From Trichoplax adhaerens (Eukaryota; Animalia; Placozoa), in assembly GCF_000150275.1 (NCBI RefSeq), contig NW_002060947.1:4206335-4270334 (forward strand): DNA of 64,000 bases. The letters are read 5' to 3'. Below, piece after piece: positions 1-15,399 of the stretch (within the stretch, counting starts at the first letter, position 1; the number at the start of each line of letters is the position of its first letter). Under the pieces are notes generated by a model that saw nothing but the letters and a program-made list of their open reading frames with translations, was not told where the DNA came from and searched no databases. The position numbers and the translations under genes are program-made.

Positions 1-3000
1 TTTTTGTTTTCTAAAGCAATTGCTTTAATCGTAGTCATTTTTTCTTGTAATTGTAGATCAATATTTTGATTATCGTTTGAATTATCGGAATCTTTAGGTT
101 CCTCCGACATCTCTGGTTTTTGCTTGTCAGATGATTGTTGTATCGACTGAATAATGAGCTGTTGGTATTCATAAATTGTTTTATACTGTTCGTCTGTCAA
201 GTGTTGCTTTAGGAATGATATAATCTGAGGGATACATCGACCAGGAGCGTGTATCATACATTGCGTATGTCTTTGAAATAACAGCAATGTGCAAAGATGT
301 AAACACATCGCCGGTTTACTTTCTTTATTCAATTGCTCTATTAGACTTTGGCGGTGATTGAAGATTATTTGCCTATGAATACATCATCCACTATCAATAT
401 TATAGATTGTATTACAGCTTGTTATTGTGACGAAGTTAAAAGATAACAAACCTTTCTTTTTTCTTATCCAATTTTTTTATCATTATTTGGCAAATCGAAG
501 GTCCAAGAACAACGTCAAGGGCATCAAAGAATTGCTCAACATCCTATATGATAGTATCATTTTATAAATGATAATACCGTCATTAATACAAGATCTAAGT
601 GTCTACTACCGTATATCCCTGTATATGCATTACCAATGAACAGTTAATATTTGTTACTTTGCCGCTTAATGATTTTTCCAAGGCAGATGCAGCTTTTTTA
701 ACGTTATTAGGAAATTTCTCCAAAGCGGAAGAACGTGTCTGTATAACAGAAAGAATTTGTCACTTGCATCTAGGATATACAGTCCATGTACGTCATATAG
801 TATATATATACTGTCGGTTAAATATAATACATTGGGCTCACTTCAGGATTTAAAGAATTAGGATCACTATCAACCATAATATGTTCGCTAATTAATAGAC
901 TGAAAACGATATTGGTTATCTCTGTACATAGAGTATGCAAAAGATGTTTTCCAAGAGTGGTATGCGCGTCGCCTATAGCAATTTTAAATGGAAGTGAAAA
1001 TTGATAGTTCATTAATGTATGAAAGCAAATTTTTATCTGCTGTGAAGCAAGACTTTTACTTGCATTACCAGAAAAATGTTGAAGGCCTTTTCCAAATAAT
1101 TTAGCGTTAGTTAATAAACCATTAATTTTATCTTGTGCATCTGAATGAAGTTTACGTTTTTCAGAAGTAACTGAAGATGTTGATGCCAGGAATACTGATT
1201 TAGCAACCTCCTGATACTTTCTTTTGAGTGGACTACAGATATAGCAGAAAAATCAATGATCATTACCACTCAGTTATTACAATATGATTTCCTTACATCT
1301 AACTTGTTCAGGACGGCCAGTAAGAGAATGGATGAAGTATTATTTTCTTACCTAAATAGTTGAGAAGCGATTTCTTCTAAAAATTGATCTTCACAGTTTG
1401 AATGCTCTCGTTGCAATACTTCTATTATCTGAAATTTTGTGGGAATTCCGGTTATGAAAGTTTGATCTTTATTCATATAATTCAAATAAGTGTAGAGTTG
1501 AATTATGGTACTATAATATAGCTTTGTATATTCAAATACCTCGGGAATGGCCATAAATTCCAAGTCCTGCTTATTTTGTTTAATATGAGATCTGGTTGAT
1601 TCAAGGTCATCTGGCGTAGATCGGTCTTTGCCTTTACCCTTTCTTTTCGAACTCGTTGAATCATCTCCTTTCTTTTTTTTACCTCCAGTAACATTGGAGT
1701 CGTCATGTTTAGTCAGTGTCGAATGATTAGGATTGGTGGAGCTGGTAGATGCAAATTTTGCAGCTACTTTACCGGCATCCTGAATAGATTATGAGAAAAG
1801 AGTATTTTTAAATTGCGATTCAAAAAAGACTATAAATAGTAAATGAAAGTATACTTTTTCGGCTTTGGTCTTCATATGATCATCGAATAATTGTAAACAG
1901 TTTTGAATAAATTTGTTGCTGACAACGAATTTGTCGCAAAGACATTGTACGGATGTGTTATTTTTATTACTTTTTAAGCAATGCTTTTGTAACAACACTG
2001 ATGCATCTCCAGTAGTAAAGGGTGATGGCAGCAACGTCTAAATTTGAAAATAGTTCAGAATCTTAGCCCTACACCGACATTGAATTTGTAATTTTCATTA
2101 TAGTCGACGGCATTTACCATAATATCAACCCAAGAAGGTGTTGCGACAACATCTTCTATGGCTGCTTGCACTTGACCTAAAATGTTCTGTCCGCTAACAC
2201 ATGACTCTAGAAAAATGACGTTCTTATTCAAGCACTTTTTCAGGTAATTTTTGGGGTCCGTAATGTCTAGGCGAGTTAAGCTGTCGTATTCTATGAAAAA
2301 TGAAGCATTAATTTGTTATAATCACAATCAGAATTTTAAGGAAAATCTTTAAAATGACAGCTTCAAGAATCTGTGACATAAGGCTGATGGATAGATAACT
2401 TTACGTAAGTATAAAGCATGCATCATTGATATACACTCGAGTGTCTTACCAATATAATCATTCTGGCGAAAGAATGATAATACCCAATTCGATTGTGTTC
2501 GGGAATAGATATTTGGAGTATAAATTGCTTTACTTTGATGCCCTTGAACTGATCCTGCTAGTCTTTTCTCATCCAACAATTTGCGTAAAATATCTTGATA
2601 ATGTTGTTAATAAGGCTCAAAGTTATATTGTAATCGAGAATGTGTTAAAGTAACGACAGACTATGTTGCTATAACTGGTTTAGCCTTACCATGTAGTAAC
2701 GCTTCTGGAAAGCTATATTGATAAATTATTGATGATACTGAAGTCGGCCTATAAACGAAAGAATAAAGCGTCGATAGTTGGTGAAAGTAAACTTTTGCAA
2801 AGATGGAGAAACTGAAGCAATTGAATATAATCAGCCATTCTGTTACTTAGAGTCAGTCAATACTTATCTCAGTGTACATACTATACTCTAACCGATTGTA
2901 TAGATGCATGTACAAACCTAGTTATAGCGCTGAAGACCCCACGAATTTTGGCTGCATGGCGTGCCACATATGCTTCAGTATATATCGTACCACGTTCTAA

Positions 3001-4787
3001 CGGATTCACTTGTCCATGTATGTAAATTCCCATTCTTTTTTCAATATTCTAATGTAGTTAAATTAAATAAATGGCCGTCTTATAAATTGACACAAGATAC
3101 AAAAAATTTATAACTGCAGCAATTACCGTTTGTAAAAAGTCTGTAGGTAAATTAAATGTCTTTCCCAATTCAGATACAGAAATTTGACCGGATTCTTGCA
3201 GAATATCATTAATTTCTTCGGCCAACCTATCTATATAATCCCTAAATAGATTGATGTCAAGAGCATTTACTACATTAATGTCTATAGTATTGATAATATG
3301 GCATTATTTATTGCTGGAAGATTTTCGAACTATATAATTGATGAAGTTGTTACAAGTGATGTAATGATCAAATTCTATTAGTAAGTTGCGGTACTATTTA
3401 TCTGACTTTAGTAGGATAAAATAGTTTGAAATTAACGCTACACTGGTAGTATTAACAATATGAAGCTAAAGTGAATGGATTAAAATGCTTTGATATCAAT
3501 TACTGTACCTATCGATTAAGTCTCCTTGTATCAAGTATAAACTTCGATCGCCTCTTAACATTTCTTTGACTTTGCTATCGATATGAGTTAGATCCACATT
3601 TATAACCTAAAAAGACATTCACTCGTTACAATAGCCATCTTATCTTGGGTAAACTGGTATTGATTACTATAAAGGGAGTTGCATTTTTACATCAGACGTA
3701 GACGGAAATGAGACATGAGAGAGACACGTTATTGCATAAAATAAATGCGTATGGAGTGTATTGACATAAATACGTATTCACGTATACGCATATACCGCAA
3801 TGTAGGGTTAATGAATCAATCCCTATGCGACTTATCATCACATCCTACTTGTTACTTGTAATGACTGTTGTATTTGATATTTCGTTCAATCATAAAATTG
3901 GCCTAAGAGTATTCTGCAGCACTACAGCACCGACTTTAAGTAGACTAATTATGGTAGGTACGAGTCGTAGGCACCCTCAACTGATCGTGGGGTCGTGCAT
4001 GCTAGGTTATTCATCAGGGGAAGTAAGCTTTATCATTGAGATTTGTAATTTATTACACTGTAGGAGAATAAATATGCTTCTTGTTATTTTTTACTTTGTA
4101 CCTATTACATAAAAGTAAAATTAACCCTACTACTGTACTCTAAATTGTATTTATTGCATTGTAGATTTCGATGCATATGGACTGATGAACGATAGGCGTA
4201 AGTATAATTTTATAAAATAACTGGATTGAAAGGCTATCATTGATCCGTACATTGCACTACTTAAGAAATGCAATTTTTCAGTCAAGGTATACTGATTCTG
4301 TAACAATCCATACAGCATGTAAAGTAAAAATGAAAGCGAGCATGAATTAGCATGTATTTAGTAAGAAACAGTACCAAGAATATCAAGTAAATTTATTTAC
4401 CTGTTGTAACTCTACCAAATTGATACGCCCTACAATAATGGATGATGAAAATGTCGATTAATTACAGAGTCTGATTTTAATCCGCTTCCTCTCTTGACTG
4501 TCATCGATTGCATGATAATGTACTGTGATTGGAATGGATTTTTCAGTTACTTTACTACTATCCTTACCGCTATGGACAAATAATTCATCTCTTATTTCTC
4601 GTTCTAATTGCTGCGGTGTAAGATATTCTTTGCCATCAATGGTATACATCACTTGGACCTTGTTCATTGCAATCAATTTGGTTATTATTTCGATACAATT
4701 TCTTTCCGAAAGTTGATGAGCGCTAGCTGTCAACTGAATGCGTTGAAAATCAGCAGCTAAACGTTGAATTTCGTTCCAGTCACTCAT
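1..4787 (-). CDS. UFL1: E3 UFM1-protein ligase 1, multi-exon; stop codon lies just beyond the window start
   Basis: Exon 1 (4568-4787) [19 protein letters not shown]...[13 protein letters not shown]...[10 protein letters not shown] matches the UFL1 N-terminus. Later exons read [10 protein letters not shown] (~4401-4430), [12 protein letters not shown] (~2919-3048) and [24 protein letters not shown] (~2449-2600). GT-AG introns throughout. The reading frame is still open at position 1. Confidence 0.95.
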
Positions 4788-5547
4788 TTTGACGCTTGTA
4801 TTCGATGAATTCTCCTTGGTAAGCTATTGCGTTTGTAGGACGATGAAATAATATTTGCTTGTATGCAATTCTGCAATCGATTTTTCATTGAATTGCTTCG
4901 GCCCAAGTTTTTTGGGGCTGGTGCTGTACGAGTGTGCGTGTGCTGTTGTACTAAACGCTAAACAGATCATCGTCTACGGTTACAGACTAACTGACTGACT
5001 GACTGAGTCAGTCGGCCATAACACGTTTTCAGGCTTTGAGTCTGTCGGCAGCTCCCTATTCGAATCATTGAGTGATTTGTACAATTTGATACAGTGTAAC
5101 TATCGCTGTACTACTGTAACAGTAGCAGTACAGTACTGTACTATGTACGTCACAGGGTAAGGGTGAGTGGGGTCTACTAAAAAGAAGACCTGGCTGGACA
5201 TTAGAGGAGAGTGTCCAGTCCAGTTTCAAGTGGTCCATGTTTACGTCTCGGTCCGGGACCGAACTATGTCTCGTACTTGTGGTGACATCATTTTATGGCG
5301 TCATTATGTGGTCCGTCCAGTACTGTGGTGTCTTGTCAGTCTGTCACCCTGTCCGCTGTACAGTATGCTATAGACTATCATGGAAAAGACTTGCACGTCT
5401 ATACTGTGGCATAGAGTAGAAGAGGAAGAGAAGCAACGCTGAATGTTTTCAAGCCAACTCTTGGACAAGAAAGCATCAAGGCAAGACGCTGCAACGACTG
5501 GATTGATTAACTGGAAGGAATCATTGCTTTAGTTTAGACAACCAGCC
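4788..5547. promoter_or_regulatory. Putative bidirectional promoter between divergent UFL1 and TFG
   Basis: Start codons are 760 bp apart, head-to-head. The region is visibly more GC/CpG-rich than its flanks, with an (ACTG)n run at ~4985-5013 and a TACTGTA/TACAGTA cluster at ~5090-5150. Confidence 0.6.
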
Positions 5548-8500
5548 ATGAATTTGAATCATGCCGATATCATGAAATTGGATACCAATTTCTCACAAAT
5601 TGATTTAAGCGGTAAGCTATTAATTAAGGCACGCTTGGGTGAAGATGTACGCATGTTTCCAATTCATAATGAGGATATTACCTATGATGAATTGCTACTG
5701 ATGATGCAGCGCGTCTTTCGTGGTAAACTGGGCACATCGGATGAAGTTGTCATCAAATATCGTGATGAAGGTGAGTCATCGCTAGACGATGGATGCTGTT
5801 GATTTACTCCAATTTCAATCAGTTTTCCTTGTAGAAATAAGACTACTGGTAGTGAGTACGAGGAGCATTTGTCCTTGGCTTTGATTGCAGTATTGGACAA
5901 TGACTAGCCAATACAATCTTTCTGACTTTGAAATATTTCATGCTGATCAAACCCGTTGACACCGATCGACCAAAATAACACCAGATATCCAACCTATATT
6001 GAAAACGTACTTAGTAGTATTTGTCGTTGGCTTTCTTTGGACGATGAGTAGCCAATACCATCTTTCTGACTTTTGAAATGTTTCATGCTGATCAACCATG
6101 ATGTCATCTTTAACTTGTTAATCTGTTGATACCGATCGACCAGGAGAAGGGAATGTATCCAACCCATATTGAAAATGTATTTAGTAGCATTTGTCTCTGG
6201 CTTTCTTTGGACGATGAGTAGCCAATACAATCTCTCTGACTTTGAAATATTTCATGCTGATCAACCATGATGTCATCTTTAACTTATTAACCCGTTGATA
6301 CCGATCGACCAGAAGAAGGAGAGATATCCAACCTATATTGAAAAACGTACTTAGATTGATAATCACTTGTCTTCCAAATGCTTACAATTATTCCATGCTA
6401 AAAAACCAGAATGGACGACCTAGTAACTGCTGAAATAATAAAAAATATCTTGCATCGTAAGCGTACACCGATTACCTTCATCACTGTAAGCATCAAGTAA
6501 TCAAGCTTATTTCATGATCACAATGAAGAATCATTATCATACAATCAACTTAGATCAAAAGTTATCCATGGTGATTTGTGATTCGTCAATATCATCCATG
6601 ATCCATGATGGATGATATTGACTGAAAGATAAATCATAATTAAGCTTATGGTAGTGCATCAAATATATGAAGTGTGAGTTCACGTATCGTATTATTAATG
6701 AAAGAAAGAATACAGTAATAAATTGAGTGCTGCTATCGTGGTAACGCTCGTTTATGAAATATAGCAGTTTATTAGGACAGTTGAATAGATACTTAAAGAT
6801 CAATGTATAGACAGTACGTTTACTATTGTAAGCAATCGTAGACAGAAAGTTGACTTTAAATGCTAAAGGGATACTAAATATTAGGTTGACTACAAATTGA
6901 ATCAGCTTTCACCCAACTAAGATGATTCTGTAGTGTATATATATAATTATTGATTATCCCCATTTTGATTACTGTCCTGTCTCTAAGTAGCACTAAATAT
7001 ACACATAAGCTATACAATTTCTTCAAAAATAGCACTGATACTAGCATGGTACTATTTGGTTGCAGCAAGATAATGTTGAAGATAATGGTCACTACTCCAC
7101 TAAAGTTACAAGATGTCTCACGACAAGTTCTACGGGGTATAGTCCAGTAGGGTTGATAGCGTTGTAGATCATCGAACAGATGAGCTTTTACTACCCTTTC
7201 AGACAATTGAATTACAGCTATGAAATCACGAAAGACCAAGCGATTGCCAGATGCTGCAAATTTGTAATTCTAATTCCGATTTCGGATATTTTTGACCTTA
7301 CTAACCCTTAGAGCTCGATTACATACTGTTAATATACTGCAGTGTATCTCTAACTGGTTAGATAACATGTACTACGACTTCGATATAGTTTGACATTGAA
7401 AAGTTGATGATTTACTGTATGGTTAAGGGGCCTGAATACTATATTAATGGATGTATATTGGAGTCAGTTACAAAGTTTCGGCAATACAGTACTGTATTAC
7501 TCTATAACGTTATAATGATGTCCTATTTTCAGGTAATAACTCTATGAGATAGGATATGAATTAAAAATGATAGACAATGTATTGCGACTAGGCAGAAGCA
7601 CGCTTTTAACAGGATACTGCATGAATGAAACGGAAAATTAATGTTAATAGTTTCGATTATAATTTTATTAAGAAAGGAGTAATACGAGTATAATACAGTT
7701 TATTCGTATATTCATACATTTCAGTATATATACAATATACCTGGCTACTTATACTGTAAATCAATTTCATTGGTTGTAATGATGGGTTATTATTACTAAT
7801 GACATCTTGTCAAGCGGTGTGACATTATGCCGTAACAGAAGCTAATTTAGTCGCATCATATTTCGATTTCATGCTTTTGCAAAATAAATACTGTCTGCCT
7901 TGCTAATCAATCAATATTTATCCTTATTTATAGATGGTGATTTAATTACCATTTTTGATAGTTCAGACTTATCCTTTGCTAAGCAGTACAGCAAACGTGT
8001 TCTTAAAGTCACTCTCTTTGGTAAGTAGACTTGCCTGTTCTTTCTGGAGATATTGATCTACTGTACGTTTCAAATTTTACAGCTTAATACAAAATATAAA
8101 TATTGTATAGTAGTGGTATTCTACTTATACTATTTTGTTGTACTAGAGTATTAACTAATTAGAACCTATTCTGTATTGTTGTAAACCCAACTTAACTGGA
8201 TATTTAGAGCTCTTGACTAACTGCAGTATGAAATTGAATAATTTATTAATTTCTTATTATCTCTATACAACAGTTAATGGTAAACCAAGACCTTTAGAAA
8301 GTGATACTGTTAAGTATTTAAAAAAAGAACTATCTCAGGTCAGAGATACAGTAAACAAACTATTGGATAAACTGGACACATTGGATACGGTAAAAAGAGC
8401 CGGTGGCTTTGGTAAAAAGCAAGAGGAAGAGAATAACGTCGATAGCAAAATTATAAAAGGTATTTTCAGTTGGCTATAGACGTGTATACTATTTTGATTG

Positions 8501-9332
8501 AATTAGCGGTTAATCCTCTGTATTAAAATTAGCGAGTATGATACAAAGTCTTACAACTCTATATTGGCTTCGATTATAGTTATTATATCATTGAAGTCAG
8601 TTATGTCAGCCATTTTCCAAGCTAATAAAATATTTGTGACATTTATGTTGATAATATTACAGCTGAAAGTTCCAACGCAAACACTAAATCGCAAACTCAG
8701 CCTGTCAACACAAACGTTACTCAAACCGCCATGTTCGATCCATTGAGAGCAAACAGCAACGAAAATTTAGAAAAAAATCAAGCGTCTGGAAGAGGATCAA
8801 CATTTTCTATGTGTTAGTAAACAATATTATTCATAAATTAATAATTTTATTCTAAATGATTGATATCGCTCTTTAAATAACTTTAGCTTCAGCAAGTAGC
8901 ACTGCTCAAACTGGAATAACAACGCAGGTAAATTCTAGTAGTGCACCTATTCAAACTCAGACATATGCGTCGTTACCACAGTCCCAGCAAAAGATAAACT
9001 ATAATCAATACCCAACGTCTCAGCAACAGCCCCCAGTACAAAATTTGTCAACTTACAGCGGTGTTCAACAACAGCCACCACAATCTAAGCAACCAGTTTA
9101 CGGTAATACTGATGCTGCAAAACAGGCGACCACAGGTACTTCTCAGCCCAATGCATCTTACGCGATGGTTTATCCTAATCCGAACTTTCAAAATACTGAT
9201 GCCGTCTATAATGCACCTGGACAACAACCACCGCCGGCACCGGGACAACAACAATCGTATGGTACTTATTACAATCAGCAACCATCTCAAGGTGTACAAT
9301 ACGATTATGGTTTCACGGGATACCAGAAGTGA
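5548..9332 (+). CDS. TFG: TRK-fused gene protein (PB1 domain, coiled coil, P/Q/Y-rich tail), 5 exons
   Basis: Exons ~5548-5770, 7934-8020, 8273-8459, 8663-8812, 8888-9332. [60 protein letters not shown] and [20 protein letters not shown] are close to human TFG. The Q/P-rich C-terminus ends GYQK*. Confidence 0.95.
5905..6352. repeat. Imperfect tandem triplication (~144-170 bp units) in TFG intron 1
   Basis: tagccaatac.atct.tctgact(t)ttgaaat.tttcatgctgatcaa recurs at ~5905, 6049 and 6219, each followed by accgatcgacca and atccaacc.atattgaaaa. Confidence 0.85.
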
Positions 9333-10975
9333 TTAATACAATTCAAATTCTGGGTGTTCCTGATAAGTTTTAAGTTGAATTAAATGACTAGAGGAACGTA
9401 TAAAGATATTAAGATTGTATGACGTAAAATGTATGTATCGATCTCATATTTAAAAGCCTTCTTTGACTTCGCATCGAATTACGATCTGAGGCTAGACTTG
9501 ATCAAAAAGTCTCAATTACTTCACATATCAGAACATCATTACTATAGCAATTTCTATTGAGGCTTAATTACTATTAATATCTAGATGTTTTAGATTAATA
9601 TCTGTATCGTGAATTGACTGTACTATTTTCAACTGCATTGTAGGTTTAGTACTAATTATTTTTAATAACTCCTTATTATCGGCGTAAATTAATTGATGTT
9701 ATCCTTAAAATGAGTGCACCATGCTACTTTGATGTTTGGTGGGTGAATTGTAGTTCTATGTCTATCTCTGACGCTATTAAGCAATAGTATTTAGCCCTTT
9801 AGATTATGCTAGAATATGCCTAGACTACTAATAGTAGTCATTTCCTTCTTTGGTTTGCATTATAGTCGAGTTGTATCGATAATGAATGTATATGTCTATT
9901 TACATACGTATGGTAGAAGGCATTAACGTAAAATGATATCGTATTTTTACCTGTAGTCTATTGATAAGCTGCGAAGAATCAATGCATGAAAATTTCGAAA
10001 ATTTAACATTTAAATACCATTATATCTCTCAATCTTAGATTTTTATTGTATCTACAGACTATGTACGTAAATATAAGCTCATATGCATTTATTAACAAAA
10101 ACAGAGATAATGATACTCAATTCAAACTTAGCATTCGTGATGCAATAAAAATTTTCTTAAATAAATTTATATCTCGGAAGCAACTATAGTTGTGATATTT
10201 CCGATTTTGATTTGCAAATCTGTGATACAAGACATTACTGACAAAAGCTTTGTTGACTGTAAAAGCTCTTCTTCTATGCTTGATAAATAATTTAGACGAC
10301 AAACTTGGTCTCGAATGTTATGAAGGTCGGCTTGTAACATCTATAAATAGTGGAAACAATGTAACGGTTAAAAAATTTTCAATAGAAAAATTGATTGGGT
10401 AGGTAGACTAATCACAACAATTTTAAAAACGGCAGCTCGTGACCTATAATAATTTCAATATGCGTGTATTGTACATGTTACTTTCTTGACTTTATACGAT
10501 TGCAAAAGTTAGAAGTTATAGCAGTACATTATCAGTACATAAGCCTTAAATCATACCCGTCGGTTAAACTTGGTAATTTCCGTCGATAGCGTAAATGGCT
10601 TCTGAAATGAAGCTCGTAAAATTTCCTAAGTAGAATAGTACATCTTAGAGAAAAGTTTATATTCCTTTCGATGACATTAGCGTATGACATATTGGAAGAT
10701 ATTTTATTAAAATATACCTGCAATCTTCTTGAAATAGTACAGTAAACAGATAATAAAGTAGGTACAGACATGGATGAGATATGAAGAGTTATACTTGAAA
10801 TAACTTGACTATTATTTCCACGATTTTCTTCATCGCTAGGAATTTCTGAATTGGATTTCTCTAATATTATTCTATTTCATTATGATTTAAAATTATAGAA
10901 CCAAAAAAAGAAATTTCTTCAATTTGATCATCAATATTATAGGTTAATAATAGTATTAATGAATATTCTAAATCA

Positions 10976-13638
10976 CTATAACCTACTGCACCTTATTGCA
11001 ACTTGTAATTCATCAAAGAATACTAAGGATATTTCATTCGCTTCTTGATCATAGTGATTTATACAATCAGAATTCTTATTTAATATATTATGAAGAATTT
11101 GATCACGAAATGTAGGCAAATCCACAGGTTCATTTGTTATTAATTTGATTTGTAGACTTATATTTTTCCATTCTACTTGATTGGTAATATTACTTTCGGA
11201 AACATTCGGCACTGGATTATAATTCTTTTTATCATAAAGAATCCGTTTCAGTAACATCATAGTTCCTTCAAAGTTCATAGAAATTGGTATAAGATCATAC
11301 ATGTTCATGCCTAATCGTTGGTGCATCAACTTTAAAGGTGGTTTTCTACCAATAAATGATCCAGTAACAAAGTATAAACTGTCAATAATGCGTTGAGATA
11401 TAGTGATACACGAAGAAAGCTGCAGCATTTTATGACTTCCCTTCTTTAAAAATTGGGATGAATCTCCTCCATTTGAGGTTACTGAAGAGTTTAAGCATAG
11501 CAAACATTCCACTGTCAATGTAAATAGGATATTAAAGTTAATTTCAGAATATCCAGATAAGGTGATAACATTCCCAAGTAAACGCTTGAACGGTATATTG
11601 AATGTCATTCGCGTAGGGGGTCGATCTCGTAAAGGGTACGAAAAGGATGCGATGTCTTTACATAACTTGCCTGATCGGTGCGTATAACCAGAAACAAGAA
11701 CGAGTAGAGAGTAGCTAGAGTTTATCAAACCGATATCGTCTATCATACGAATTACGAGTGCTCCACTCTGATTTGATAAACTATCAAAAGAATTATATTC
11801 AACGTGTATACCTATTTTGAGTTGGAAATCGTTTAACTGCTTGCATCTGTTGATCCTATGATATTGATAAGCAACATTGTTAAAGAACTTGGTTCTATTA
11901 TTACAAGCTGATATTGCAGACACTAATTCTGTCTTTAAATTATTTAGATTTGTCAGCTGATTTAGTCTTTTCGAAATTTCCAATTGAGGATTTAAATCGC
12001 TTTTTTCCAAATTGCTTTTCTTCATAAATATAGACAAGCCAAATTTTATTATCTGTCCAGTAGACTTGATTGCTACAAAACCAACGTCTTTTTCATTTTC
12101 ACATATGAAAGGTAGTATGGAGAGAATATGATCAATTCTTTCACTGACTGGATGTAGTACCTGAGGCAGCACTGGTAAGGAATCCAATTGATTCTTAAAT
12201 TTTTCTGCATCCTCATCAGTGTTATCTGATTTATTACTTTCATTATGAGATATAGCTGCGATTGATAAATAGTAAATTATTTTTTATTAGTTACATTAAT
12301 TTCAAAATGTTAATGCAATATATGTGGGATATATCTGAAATCGAAATTATGCACAATTACTTTTTAAATAGTTGCAGGTAGCACTACATTATAGCAGCCA
12401 ATATTGAATTATGAAAATGTCACTAATTCAAGTAATATTAACGAAGCCCGAATTTATTGATAAAGTTTCATTACTTTCTATCGAGCTTAATGCTTGTACG
12501 AATATTCTGTTTCTCTCACCTGTAGTTTCTGTATTACTATTAAATCGAACAAGACGAAGATCATTTGTAGAAGCATACAGTAGCGAGCTAGTACCATGTT
12601 CATCTTGAAATAAGCATTGCGAAGTTACTGGACCAAAGAGATTATACTGCCTAAATACAAGGCCAATCGTATCATTGCCAATTATACCACGGCATGCAAT
12701 TATTAACTTTCCTTGAATACCCAGTAAAAGTATTGCATTATTGACCACACTCTGATTACCGTTAACATTTGTGATCGGAATTCGAACAGACGTAATCGCT
12801 TTTGGTTCCTCACACAAATCATAAAAGATTTCTGCTGTCTTTGGAAAATTTTGCATGTTGCATGAGTATATACGAATCTTACCATCAATACTACCGTACA
12901 TAAAACCGTACGATTTGGCCAACATCGCGTCTAAGCCGAAAATATTGATAAATAGGCTTCGATCAATTTTGCAATTAATACAATTTCCATAGCACATTTC
13001 CTTAAAATCTGATGGATAGAAACTTTGTACAACTAAATCTGTTGCTGAATTTTCATCTTTCTTACTATTATCAATCAGTTCAGTATCAGTTATAAATTGT
13101 AAATAAACGGAATTTTTTTCCATGGAAGGCATTATCTGGAAAATTTTTAGCAAATATGGATTGGTGATTGCACCATAAGTAGCCCAATATTGATGGAAAA
13201 ATATTGTATTTACGGAGCAATTCGTAGACAATATAATTTTAGCATCCAACTCTGCTACTGTTAAAATTTTGATATTGTCATTTCTTTGATGTTCTTTAGG
13301 AAGTCCTGTAGAATCCCATTGTACGGGATGATGATAGCGTGCAATAGGATTGTGTTGTCCATCATTGTTGGCATCCATATCTGTTCTTTTCCTATAATTG
13401 AGTTAATTTAATAAGTAAAGGTACCGGTATGCATTGTAAAAGATCAATTGGGTCATTATATCAATATGAGTTTCCCAAGAGAAGAAAGATACCTTTTGCC
13501 AGCATTATCTATTTTATCCATTAGGATATCATAGCTGATCGACCAAAGCTTTCCGTTGGTATCATTAACCAGAAGTACTTGTAGCCCTGTATTGAGTATA
13601 CTGAATGCTTGGATGACATCAGGAAATTTGCAAATTAG
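10976..13638 (-). CDS. FAAP100: Fanconi anemia core complex-associated protein 100-like; 5' and 3' ends unresolved
   Basis: Exons ~13493-13638 (LICKFPDVIQAF), 12475-13391 and ~10990-12257. Motifs IFGLDAML...YGSIDGKI, DLCEEPKAI, LLLGIQGKLIIAC, FRQYNLFGPV and YASTNDL match, in order, human FAAP100 LFGADATL...CGLPDGQL, LEEPVIFI, VAFGHHGRMLAI, REYCLPGPV and HSTPSDL (recalled from memory). Further small exons likely lie toward ~10120 and upstream of 13640. Confidence 0.72.
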
Positions 13639-15399
13639 CTATAGAAAGTAATAGGAGTTTGAGGTTAAAGTCTCGAATAAGACTTTGTAGTAAGTTAGAG
13701 TAACCTACCCTGCCAGCTTGTAAAATATCAAACAATTTACATTACAGTGTCATTTTTTAACTTAAAAATATAGTGGGCCGATGCAAGCTTCCTCTACATG
13801 CTGCCTGTATATGATAGTATAGCCCCAAGTAGATTAAAGATATTTAATATACTGGTATTTAGATACAAATTAAGATTGCAGGAAGGATCAACTATTTCCA
13901 TTTTAGCCTTTAGCTATTGTATATTAAACTAAATTAAATAGCCAATAACTTCTTCAACGTTTCGTTAGTTTTTAGCAGCATTATTTGAAATATCATTTTT
14001 AAGATTGATGTTATCCACTGCTCTAGCGTCGATGACAGTTGATTAATTTGCTATATTTGTAATGATGATAATATCATTGCTATAGATTAGTAAGATAGGT
14101 TATTGCATCGACATATCTTGATCTTAAAAGAATTAATTAACCGCCTTATAGCCAAGTTATAGGCGATTTTCGTTATGCACTATTCAAGAACTAAATACCG
14201 TTCAGTAGCATCGTAGTCTCTTTAGTGAGCGTGGTTCAATCATAACCGATATTGAGTTACTACAAGCATGAGTATGCATACATAGAGTATAGGTAAACAT
14301 CGGTGAAAGCAAATATGAATCAGCCATGATTGAAAGTGTTTGCGACTTACTGAATAACACTACACCAATCGATTTTGACTATTGATAACTTAATACTGTT
14401 ATAGATATATATTGATAAATTTATACAAATAGTATTTTATAAAATATCAAGCTCACCAAAAGTTGCGTCGGTGTGCCAATGTATAAGCTATCGTTAACGT
14501 TGATGATCAATAAAGCTTGATGGTATTTCTCATCCTTTACAGACGACGCTTTAATTACGTCATTATGTGATACAGGCGCTAATGACCATTTAAAAGTTTC
14601 AATCCTCTTTGGAGATACATTCATGATAGAAGCATATCACGACTACGATACAGTATTGAGTAATTTGAGTTGCATTGCAAGGCGTATGGAAGTATTAATA
14701 AATGTAGTGTTGTTGATGCAATGAAAAGAAAAACAGTTTTCGTTTTCATACAAATTGTTCATTAATGAACGAAGCAGGCTGAGGTCAGTTAGCTCCCGAG
14801 AGAGTAAACTAGGCGAAGTAGGCTAACCAATTCCAATATCAATTATTGTTGAGGTAAACGATATCATGTGTTTGCATCTTTATATTAGTGTCGACTATTG
14901 GATCGATAGAAGATTGCAGTTGGATGGGGTTTGTAAATTATGGTATGCAAGAATGAATTGATCCAATGCAGACTTGCTGTTAGTTGAAAGGAAAAGCAGA
15001 GAAGGTGAATTCAGTTGTTCTGAAGATGAGGTAAATTGAATGGATACTTTCGCCTTTGCATCAAAAATTATGAAGTTGATCTGAAATAATATCACCTGGT
15101 TGAGTTCATTAAAATGGAGAGTAGTAAAAAGATAAAGTTAAATTAGCAAGCGTCTTAATTTTAGTATAATTTTATAATGGAAAGATAGACCAGCGACTTG
15201 TTGATTTGGATCCAAGCGCAAGTAGGAGATAGTACTTCACATTTGAAGCGAGTAGAATCTCGTTCATTTATAGCCGTTACTTACTGTGTATTGCAGACTC
15301 TAACAAGACTAGACTGTATAATATCGGATTCTCTTGAGTGGACGCTATCAAAACTGCTCCATAATTGATCGATCCATCACTTTCTTTAGCCTGGGTTAA

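Noticed and set aside
5994-7239. Short ORFs in TFG intron 1
   Set aside because: They derive from the tandem repeat or AT-rich intron sequence and show no domain signatures.
9048-9336. Overlapping alternative-frame and antisense ORFs in the last TFG exon
   Set aside because: Shadows of a Q/P-rich coding exon.
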